64,000 bases of DNA from Eledone cirrhosa (lineage: Eukaryota): positions 205,840,001-205,904,000 of the forward strand of contig OZ024743.1 of NCBI GenBank assembly GCA_964016885.1, written 5' to 3'. The translations under genes and the position numbers were made by a program. The notes under the pieces were generated by a model. That model was given only the letters and a program-made list of their open reading frames with translations. It did no database searches and was not told the origin of the DNA. This document shows positions 53,980-64,000 of the stretch, piece after piece. The stretch's first letter is position 1; every line of letters starts with the position of its first letter.

Positions 53980-56900
53980 CTGATTTTTTTTACAAATTAT
54001 CTCCCCCTGATTTTTTTTTTACAAATTATCTCCCCCTGATTTTTTTACAAATTATCTCCCCCTGATTTTTTTTTCAAATTATCTCCGCCTGATTTTTTTA
54101 AATATTATCTTCCCTTGGCTGGCGGGAAATTATCTCCCCTTGGACGGCTGGAAATTATCTCCCCTTGGAAGGATGGAAATTATCTCCCCTTGGACGGCTG
54201 GAAATTATCTCCCCTTGCACTGCTGGAAATTATCTCCCCTTGGACGGCTGGAAATTATCTCCCCTTGGCTGAAAATTATCTCCCCTTGGACGGCTAGAAA
54301 TTATCTCTCTTTGGACGGCTGGAAATTATCTCCCCTTGATTTTTTTACAAATTATCTCCCCCTGATTTTTTTACAAATCTCCCAGTGTTTTTTTTTTAAA
54401 ATTATCTCCCCTTCGCTGGCTGGAAATTATCTCCCCTTGGACGCTGGAAATTATAGCCCCTTGGAGGGCTGGAAATTATCTTCCCTTGGACGGCTGGAAA
54501 TTATCTCCCCTTGATTTTTTTTACAAATTATCTCCCCCTGATTTTTTTTACAAATTATCTCCCCCTGATTTTTTTTTACAAATTATCTCCCCCTGATTTT
54601 TTTTACAACTTATCTCCGCCTGATTTTTTAAAAAAAATTATCTCCCCTTGGACGGCTAGAAATTACCTCTCCTTGGACGGCTGAAAATTATCTCCCCTTG
54701 GACGGCTGCAAATTATCTCCCCTTGATTTTTTTTACAAATTATCTCCCCCTGATTTTTTTTTACAAATTATCTCCCCCTGATTTTTTTTACAAATTATCT
54801 CCCCCTGATTTTTTTTTACAAATTATCTCCCCCTGATTTTTTTTACAAATTATATCCCCTTGGCTGGCTGGAAATTATCTCCCCTTGGAGGCTGGAATTT
54901 ATCTCCCCTTGGACGGCTAGAAATTACCTCTCCTTGGACGGCTGGAAATTATGTCTCCTTGGACGGCTAGAAATTACCTCTCCTTGGACGGCTGAAAATT
55001 ATCTCCCCTTGGACGGCTGGAAATTATCTCCCCTTGATTTTTTTTACAAATTATCTCCCCCTGATTTTTTTTTACAAATTATCTCCCCCTGATTTTTTTT
55101 ACAAATTATCTCCCCCTGATTTTTTTTTACAAATTATCTACCCCTGATTTTTTTTACAAATTATATTCCCTTGGCTGGCTGGAAATTATCTCCCCTTGGA
55201 GGCTGGAATTTATCTCCCCTTGGACGGCTAGAAATTACCTCTCCTTGGACGGCTGGAAATTATGTCTCCTTGGACGGCTGGAAATTATCTCCCCTTGGAC
55301 GACTGGAAATTATCTCCCCTTGGACGGCTGGAAATTATCTCCCCTTGGACGGCTAGATATTACCTCTCCTTGGACGGCTGGAAATTATCTGCCCTTGGAC
55401 GGCTGGAAATTATCTCCCCTTGGACGGCTGGAAATTATTTCCCCTTGATTTTTTTTACAAATTATCTCCCGCTGATTTATTTTTACAAATCTCCACCTAA
55501 TTAAAAAAAAAATTATCTCCCCTTCGCTGGCTGGAAATTATCTTGCTTTGGACGGCTGGAAATTATAGCCGCTTGTAGGGCTGGAAATTATCTCCCCTTG
55601 GACGGCTGGAAATTATCTCCCCTTGATTTTTTTTACTAAGTATCTCACCCTGATTTTTTTTTACAAATTATCTCCGCCTGATTTTTAAAAAAAAATTATC
55701 TCCCCTTGGCTGGATGGAAATTATCTCCCCTTGGACGGCTGGAAATTATCTTCCCTTGATTTCTTCTACAAATTATCTACCCCTGATTTTTTTTTTACAA
55801 ATTATCTCTCCCTGATTTTTTTTTACAAATATCTCTCCTTGGCTGGCTGGAAATTATCTCCCCTTGGCTGGCTGGAAATTATCTCCCCCTGATATTTTTT
55901 TACAAATTAGCTCCCCCTGATTTTTTTTACAAATTATCTCCCCCTGATTTTTTTCACAAATTATCTCCCCCTGATTTTTTTTACAAATTATCTCCCCTGA
56001 TTTAAAAAAAAAAATTATCTCCCCTTGGACGGCTGGAAATTATCTCCCCTTGGACGGCTGGAAATTATCGCCCCCTGATTTTTTTTTTACAAATTATCTC
56101 CACCTGATTTTTTTTACAAATCATCTCAGCCTGATTTTTTTAAAATATTATCTCCCTTGGCTTGCTGGAAATTATCTCCCCTTGGACGGCTATAAATTAT
56201 CTCTCCTTCGACCGCTGGAAATTATCTCCCCTTGATTTTTTTACAAATTATCTCCCCCTGATTTTTTTTTACCAATCAACCCCTGATTTAAAAACAAAAA
56301 TTATCTCCCCTTCGCTGGCTGGAAATTATCTCCCCTTGGACGGCTGGAAATTATCTCCCCTTGATTTTTTTTACAAATTATCTACCCCTGATTTTTTTAC
56401 AAATTATCTCCCCCTGATTTTTTTTACAAATTATCTCCCCCTGATTTTTTTTTTTACAAATTATCTCCGCCTGATTTTTTTAAAATTATCTCCCCTTGGC
56501 TGGATGGAAATTATCTCCCCTTGGACGGCTGGAAATTATCTCCCCTTGGAAGGATGGAAATTATCTCCCCTTGGACGGCTGGAAATTATCTCCCCTTGCA
56601 CGGCTGGAAATTATCTCCCCTTGGACGGCTAGAAATTACCTCTCCTTGGACGGCTGAAAATTATCTCCCCTTGGACGGCTGGAAATTATGTCCACCTGAT
56701 TTTTTTTTACAAATCATCTCCGCCTGATTTTTTTAAAAACTTATCTCCCTTGGCTTGCTGGAAATTATCTCCCCTTGGACGGCTATAAATTATCTCTCCT
56801 TCGACGGCTGGAAATTATCTCCCCTTGATTTTTTTACAAATTATCTCCCCCTGATTTTTTTTTACCAATCTACCCCTGATTTAAAAAAAAAATTATCTCT

Positions 56901-57990
56901 CCTTCGCTGGCTGGAAATTATCTCCCCTTGGACGGCTGGAAATTATCTCCCCTTGATTTTTTTTACAAATTATCTACCCCTGATTTTTTTACAAATTATC
57001 TCCCCCTGATTTTTTTTTACAAATTATCTCCCCTTGATTTTTTTTTTTTACAAATTATCTCCGCCTGATTTTTTTTAAATTATCTCCCCTTGGCTGGATG
57101 GAAATTATCTCCCCTTGGACGGCTGGAAATTATCTCCCCTTGCACGGCTGAAAATTATCTTCCCTTGGACGGCTAGAAATTACCTCTCCTTGGACGGCTG
57201 AAAATGATCTCCCCTTGGACGGCTGGAAATTATCTCCCCCTGATTTTTTTTACAAATTATCTCCCCTTGCACGGCTGGAAATTATCTCCCCTTGGACGGC
57301 TGGAAATTATCTGCCCTTGATTTTGTTTTTACAAATTATCTCCCCCTGATTTTTTTTACAAATTATCTCCACCTGATATTTTAAAAAATTATCTCCCCTT
57401 GGACGGCTGGAAATTATCTCCCCTTGGCTGGAAATTATCTCCCCTTGGACGGCTAGAAATTATCTCTCTTTGGACGGCTGGAAATTATCTCCCCTTGATT
57501 CTTTTTACAAATTATCTCCCCCTGATTTTTTTTACAAATCTCCCAGTGATTTTTTAAAAAAAATTATCTCCCCTTCGCTGGCTGGAAATTATCTCCCCTT
57601 GGACGCTGGAAATTATAGCCCCTTGGACGCTGGAAATTATCTTCCCTTGGACGGCTGGAAATTATCTCCCCTTGATTTTTTTACAAATTATCTCCCCCTG
57701 ATTTTTTTTTACAAATTATCTCCCCCTGATTTTTTTTTTACAAATTATCTCCCCTTGGACGGGTGGAAATTATCTCCCCTTGGACGGCTTGAAATTATCT
57801 CCCCTTGGACGGCTAGAAATTACCTCTCCTTGGACGGCTGAAAATTATCTCCCCTTGATTTTTTTTACAAATTATCTCCCCCTGATTTTATTTTACATAT
57901 TATCTACCCCTGATTTTTTTTTACAAATTATCTCCACCTGATCTTTTTTACAAATTATCTCCCCCTGATTTTTTTTTACAAATTATCTCC
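53980..57990 (+). repeat. Third, partial copy of the start of the 16-kb unit (offset about 17.64 kb from copy 2)
   Basis: ORF pairs 36475/54115, 37530/55171, 38521/56162 and 38879/56521 have offsets of 17640-17642. Shared variants include CCAATCAACCCCTGATTTAAAAACAAAAA. Confidence 0.88.
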
Positions 57991-59544
57991 CCCTGATTTT
58001 TTTACAAATTATCTCCCCCTGATTTTTTTTTCAATTTATCTCCGCCTGATTTTTTTAAATATTATCTTCCCTTGGCTGGCGGGAAATTATCTCCCCTTGG
58101 ACGGCTGGAAATTATCTCCCCTTGGAAGGATGGAAATTATCTCCCCTTGGACGGCTGGAAATTATCTCCCCTTGCACTGCTGGAAATTATCTCCCCTTGG
58201 TCGGCTGGAAATTATCTCCCCTTGGCTGGAAATTATCTCCCCTTGGACGGCTAGAAATTATCTCTCTTTGGACGGCTGGAAATTATCTCCCCTTGATTTT
58301 TTTACAAATTATCTCCCCCTGATTTTTTTTACAAATCTCCCAGTGATTTTTTTTAAAAAATTATCTCCCCTTCGCTGGCTGGAAATTATCTCCCCTTGGA
58401 CGCTGGAAATTATAGCCCCTTGGAGGGCTGGAAATTATCTTCCCTTGGACGGCTGGAAATTATCTCCCCTTGATTTTTTTTACAAATTATCTCCCCCTGA
58501 TTTTTTTTTACAAATTATCTCCCCCTGATTTTTTTTTACAAATTATCTCCCCCTGATTTTTTTTACAACTTATCTCCGCCTGATTTTTTAAAAAAATTAT
58601 CTCCCCTTGGACGGCTGGAAATTATCTCCCCTTGGACGGCTGGAAATTATCTCTCCTTGGACGGCTAGAAATTACCTCTCCTTGGACGGCTGAAAATTAT
58701 CTCCCCTTGGACGGCTGGAAATTATCTCCCCTTGATTTTTTTTACAAATTATCTCCCCCTGATTTTTTTTTACAAATTATCTCCCCCTGATTTTTTTACA
58801 AATTATCTCCCCCTGATTTTTTTTTACAAATTATCTCCCCCTGATTTTTTTTACAAATTATATCCCCTTGGCTGGCTGGAAATTATCTCCCCTTGGAGGC
58901 TGGAATTTATCTCCTCTTGGACGGCTAGAAATTACCTCTCCTTGGACGGCTGGAAATTATGTCTCCTTGGACGGTTGGAAATTATCTCCCCTTGGACGGC
59001 TGGAAATTATCTCCCCTTGGACGGCTGGAAATTATCTCCCCTTGGACGGCTAGATATTACCTCTCCTTGGACGGCTGGAAATTATCTGCCCTTGGACGGC
59101 TGGAAATTATCTCCCCTTGGACGGCTGGAAATTATTTCCCCTTGATTTTTTTTACAAATTATCTCCCCCTGATTTTTTTTTACAAATCTCCACCTAATTA
59201 AAAAAAAAATTATCTCCCCTTCGCTGGCTGGAAATTATCTTCCTCTGGACGGCTGGAAATTATAGCCGCTTGTAGGGCTGGAAATTATCTCCCATTGGAC
59301 GGCTGGAAATTATCTCCCCTTGATTTTTTTTACTAAGTATCTCACCCTGATTTTTTTTTACAAATTATCTCCGCCTGATTTTTAAAAAAAAATTATCTCC
59401 CCTTGGCTGGATGGAAATTATCTCCCCTTGGACGGCTGGAAATTATCTTCCCTTGATTTCTTCTACAAATTATCTACCCCTGATTTTTTTTTACAAATTA
59501 TCTCTCCCTGATTTTTTTTACAAATATCTCCCCTCCGCTGGCTG

Positions 59545-62500
59545 ACAAATCATCTCCGCCTGATTTTTTTAAAAACTTATCTCCCTTGGCTTGCTGGAAA
59601 TTATCTCCCCTTGGACGGCTATAAATTATCTCTCCTTCGACGGCTGGAAATTATCTCCCCTTGATTTTTTTACAAATTAGCTCCCCCTGATTTTTTTTTA
59701 CCAATCTACCCCTGATTTAAAAAAAAATTATCTCTCCTTCGCTGGCTGGAAATTATCTCCCCTTGGACGGCTGGAAATTATCTCCCCTTGATTTTTTTTA
59801 CAAATTATCTACCCTGATTTTTTTACAAATTATCTCCCCCTGATTTTTTTTTACAAATTATCCCCCCCTGATTTTTTTTTTTACAAATTATCTCCGCCTG
59901 ATTTTTTTAAAATTATCTCCCCTTGGCTGGATGGAAATTATCTCCCCTTGGACGGCTGGAAATTATCTCCCCTTGCACGGCTGGAAATTATCTTCCCTTG
60001 GACGGCTAGAAATTACCTCTCCTTGGACGGCTGAAAATTATCTCCCCTTGGACGGCTGGAAATTATCTCCCCCTGATTTTTTTTACAAATTATCTCCCCT
60101 TGCACGGCTGGAAATTATCTCCCCTTGGACGGCTGGAAATTATCTGCCCTTGATTTTGTTTTTACAAATTATCTCCCCCTGATTTTTTTTACAAATTATC
60201 TCCACCTGATATTTTAAAAAATTATCTCCCCTTGGACGGCTGGAAATTATCTCCCCTTGGCTGGAAATTATCTCCCCTTGGACGGCTAGAAATTATCTCT
60301 CTTTGGACGGCTGGAAATTATCTCCCCTTGATTCTTTTTACAAATTATCTCCCCCTGATTTTTTTTACAAATCTCCCCCTAATTTAAAAAAAAATTATCT
60401 CCCCTTCGCTGGCTGGAAATTATCTCCCCTTGGACGCTGAAAATTATAGCCCCTTGGAGGCTGGAAATTATCTTCCCTTGGACGGCTGGAAATTATCTCC
60501 CCTTGATTTTTTTACAAATTATCTCCCCCTGATTTTTTTTTACAAATTATCTCCCCCTGATTTTTTTTTTACAAATTATCTCCCCTTGGACGGGTGGAAA
60601 TTATCTCCCCTTGGACGGCTTGAAATTATCTCCCCTTGGACGGCTAGAAATTACCTCTCCTTGGACGGCTGAAAATTATCTCCCCTTGATTTTTTTTACA
60701 AATTATCTCCCCCTGATTTTTTTTTTTACAAATTATCTCCCCCTGATTTTATTTTACATATTATCTACCCCTGATTTTTTTTACAAATTATCTCCACCTG
60801 ATCTTTTTTACAAATTATCTCCCCCTGATTTTTTTTTTACAAATTATCTCCCCCTGATTTTTTTACAAATTATCTCCCCCTAATTTATTTTACAAATTAT
60901 CTCCGCCTGATTTTTTTAAATATTATCTTCCCTTGGCTGGCGGGAAATAATCTCCCCTTGGACGGCTGGAAATTATCTCCCCTTGGAAGGATGGAAATTA
61001 TCTTCCCTTGGACGGCTGGAAAATATCTCCCCTTGCACGGCTGGAAATTATCTCCCCTTGGACGGCTGGAAATTATCTCCCCTTGGATGGCTAGAAATTA
61101 TCTCTCTTTGGACGGCTGGAAATTATCTCCCCTTGATTTTTTTTACAAATTATCTCCCCCTGATTTTTTTTACAAATCTCCCAGTGATTTTTAAAAAAAA
61201 ATTATCTCCCTTTCGCTGGCTGGAAATTATCTCCCCTTGGACGCTGGAAATTATAGCCCCTTGGAGGGCTGGAAATTATCTTCCCTTGGACGGCTGGAAA
61301 TTATCTCCCCTTGATTTTTTTTACATATATTCTCCCCCTGATTTTTTTTACAACTTATCTCCGCCTGATTTTTTTAAAAAAATTATCTCCCCTTGGACGG
61401 CTGGAAATTATCTCCCCTTGGACGGCTGGAAATTATCTCTCCTTGGACGGCTAGAAATTACCTCTCCTTGGACGGCTGAAAATTATCTCCCCTTGGACGG
61501 CTGGAAATTATCTCCCCTTGATTTTTTTTACAAATTATCTCCCCCTAATTCTTTTTACAAATTATCTCCCCCTGATTTTTTTTACAAATTATATTCCCTT
61601 GGCTGGCTGGAAATTATCTCCCCTTGGAGGCTGGAATTTTTCTCCCCTTGGACGGCTAGAAATTACCTCTCCTTGGACGGCTGGAAATTATGTCTCCTTG
61701 GACGGCTGGAAATTATCTCCCCTTGGACGGCTGGAAATTATCTCCCCTTGGACGGCTGGAAATTATCTCCCCTTGATTTTGTATACAAATTATCTCCCCC
61801 TGATATTTTTTTACAAATTATCTGCCCCTGATTATTTTTTACAAATTAGCTCCGCCTGATTTTTTTTAAAAATTATCTCCCCTTGGACGGCTGGAAATTA
61901 TCTCCCCTTGGACGGCTGGAAATTATCTCCCCTTGAACGGCTAGAAATTACCTGTCCTTGGACGGCTGAAAATTATCTCCCCTTGGACGGCTGGAAATTA
62001 TCTCCCCTTGATTTTTTACAAATTATCTCCCCCTGATTTTTTTTACAAATTATCTCCCCCTGATTTTTTTTTACAAATTATCTACCCCTGATTTTTTTTA
62101 CAAATCTCCCAGTGATTTTTTTAAAAAAATTATCTCCCCTTCGCTGGCTGGAAATTATCTCCCCTTGGACGCTGGAAATTATAGCCCCTTGGAGGGCTGG
62201 AAGTTATCTTTCCTTGAAGGGCTGGAAATTATCTTCCCTTGGACGGCTGGAAATTATCTCCCCTTGATTTTTTTTACAAATTATCTCCCCCTGATTTTTT
62301 TTTACAAATTATCTCCCCCTGATTTTTTTTTTACAAATTATCTCCGCCTGATTTTTTTTAAAAATTATCTCCCCTTGGACGGCTGGAAATTATCTCCCCT
62401 TGGACGGCTGGAAATTATCTCCCCTTGGACGGCTAGAAATTACCTCTCCTTGGACGGCTTAAAATTATCTCCCCTTGATTTTTTTTTACAAATTATCTAC

Positions 62501-62640
62501 CCCTGATTTTTTTTTACAAATTATCTACGCCTGATTTTTTTTTCCGAATTATCCCCCCCTGATTTTTTTTTACAAATTATCTCCCCCTGTTTTTTTTTAC
62601 AAATTATTTCCCCCTGATTATTTTACAAATTATCTCCGCC
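59545..62640 (+). repeat. Further partial copy of about 39070-42180 (offset about 20.47 kb)
   Basis: ORF pairs 39456/59931, 39955/60430 and 40136/60611 have offset 20475. Pairs 41062/61518 and 41710/62165 have offsets of about 20455. Confidence 0.85.
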
Positions 62641-64000
62641 TGATTTTTTTAAATATTATCTTCCCTTGGCTGGCGGGAAATTATCTCCCCTTGGACGCCT
62701 GGAAATTATCTCCCCTTGGAAGGATGGAAATTATCTCCCCTTGGACGGCTGGAAATTATCTCCCCTTGCACTGCTGGAAATTATCTCCCCTTGGACGGCT
62801 GGAAATTATCTCCCCTTGGCTGGAAATTATCTCCCCTTGGACGGCTAGAAATTATCTCTCTTTGGACGGCTGGAAATTATCTCCCCTTGATTTTTTTACA
62901 AATTATCTCCCCCTGATTTTTTTACAAATCTCCCAGTGTTTTTTTTTTTAAATTATCTCCCCTTCGCTGGCTGGAAATTATCTCCCCTTGGACGCTGGAA
63001 ATTATAGCCCCTTGGAGGGCTGGAAATTATCTTCCCTTGGACGGCTGGAAATTATCTCCCCTTGATTTTTTTTACAAATTATCTCCCCCTGATTTTTTTT
63101 TACAAATTATCTCCCCCTGATTTTTTTTTACAAATTATCTCCCCCTGATTTTTTTTACAACTTATCTCCGCCTGATTTTTTAAAAAAAATTATCTCCCCT
63201 TGGACGGCTAGAAATTACCTCTCCTTGGACGGCTGAAAATTATCTCCCCTTGGACGGCTGGAAATTATCTCCCCTTGATTTTTTTTACAAATTATCTCCC
63301 CCTGATTTTTTTTTACAAATTATCTCCCCCTGATTTTTTTTACAAATTATATCCCCTTGGCTGGCTGGAAATTATCTCCCCTTGGAGGCTGGAATTTATC
63401 TCCCCTTGGACGGCTAGAAATTACCTCTCCTTGGACGGCTGGAAATTATGTCTCCTTGGACGGCTAGAAATTACCTCTCCTTGGACGGCTGAAAATTATC
63501 TCCCCTTGGACGGCTGGAAATTATCTCCCCTTGATTTTTTTTACAAATTATCTCCCCCTGATTTTTTTTACAAATTATCTCCCCCTGATTTTTTTTTACA
63601 AATTATCTCCCCCTGATTTTTTTTACAAATTATATCCCCTTGGCTGGCTGGAAATTATCTCCCCTTGGAGGCTGGAATTTATCTCCCCTTGGACGGCTAG
63701 AAATTACCTCTCCTTGGACGGCTGGAAATTATGTCTCCTTGGACGGCTGGAAATTATCTCCCCTTGGACGGCTGGAAATTATCTCCCCTTGGACGGCTGG
63801 AAATTATCTCCCCTTGGACGGCTAGATATTACCTCTCCTTGGACGGCTGGAAATTATCTGCCCTTGGACGGCTGGAAATTATCTCCCCTTGGACGGCTGG
63901 AAATTATTTCCCCTTGATTTTTTTTACAAATTATCTCCCGCTGATTTTTTTTTACAAATCTCCACCTAATTAAAAAAAAAATTATCTCCCCTTCGCTGGC

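Larger units (their letters stand above)
1..64000 (+). repeat. Complex two-monomer tandem satellite array (25-bp unit A and ~27-bp unit B sharing core AAATTATCTCCCCYTG), extending past both window edges
   Basis: The core AAATTATCTCCCC or a near variant recurs every 21-30 bp from first to last line. It is preceded by GACGGCTGG (A) or ATTTTTTTTAC (B). All copies are in one orientation and I saw no unique sequence. Confidence 0.99.

Noticed and set aside
63-63973. The numerous + strand ORFs of 60-289 aa (LEIISPWTAGNYLPLDGWKLSPLGR repeats) as a repetitive protein gene family
   Set aside because: A 25-bp unit without stops yields the same cyclic 25-aa peptide in all three frames. The ORFs overlap in different frames, mostly start at TTG within the repeat, and are broken by T-tract length changes and by TGA in unit B. 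The minus strand has TAA in every core, which explains the absence of minus-strand ORFs. There is no sign of frame preservation.
1-64000. CRISPR-like array (constant repeat plus variable spacer)
   Set aside because: The spacers are only about 9-14 nt and fall into two recurring classes instead of being unique. The constant part is only about 16 nt, and there is no leader or cas gene.
1-64000. Canonical G-quadruplex / i-motif array from the CCCC(C) runs
   Set aside because: The G runs on the minus strand are separated by about 21-23 nt, far above the usual 1-7-nt loops, so a stable intramolecular G4 is not supported.
1-64000. Telomerase-type telomeric repeat or plasmid/phage iteron array
   Set aside because: There is no known telomere motif. 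Two monomer classes with inherited variant modules do not fit templated synthesis. There is no replication gene, and the array is far longer than iteron clusters.
1-64000. Assignment as centromeric DNA or to a named satellite family or species
   Set aside because: I recognised no CENP-B box or known consensus, and function and host cannot be inferred from the sequence alone.

Overview
The whole 64 kb window is one uninterrupted, head-to-tail complex satellite/minisatellite array of roughly 2,400-2,500 monomers (64,000 / ~26 bp). It is most plausibly eukaryotic heterochromatin, and the host cannot be identified from the sequence. Two monomers share the core AAATTATCTCCCC(T/C)TG: a 25-bp GC-rich unit A (GACGGCTGG-AAATTATCTCCCCTTG, 52% GC) and a 26-29-bp T-tract unit B (A-T7..10-AC-AAATTATCTCCCCCTG, ~30% GC). 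Runs of A alternate with runs of B, usually joined by a dedicated junction unit (CCGCCTG/CCACCTG-A-TnAm-TTATCTCCCCTTG). Superimposed are recurrent sub-kb modules of ordered variants and overlapping duplications with offsets of about 0.23, 0.31, 0.82, 2.06, 4.78, 6.3, 16 and 17.6 kb. I find no genes, RNAs, transposons, CRISPR array or unique sequence, and the listed ORFs are by-products of unit A lacking stop codons on the + strand. The most unusual observations are the A/B/junction grammar, TnAm tracts whose T/A boundary slides between paralogous copies at constant total length, a GATA-type AGATAA site in nearly every monomer, and a datable cascade of duplications. All counts and alignments were made by eye or from ORF-track offsets, so boundaries are approximate.
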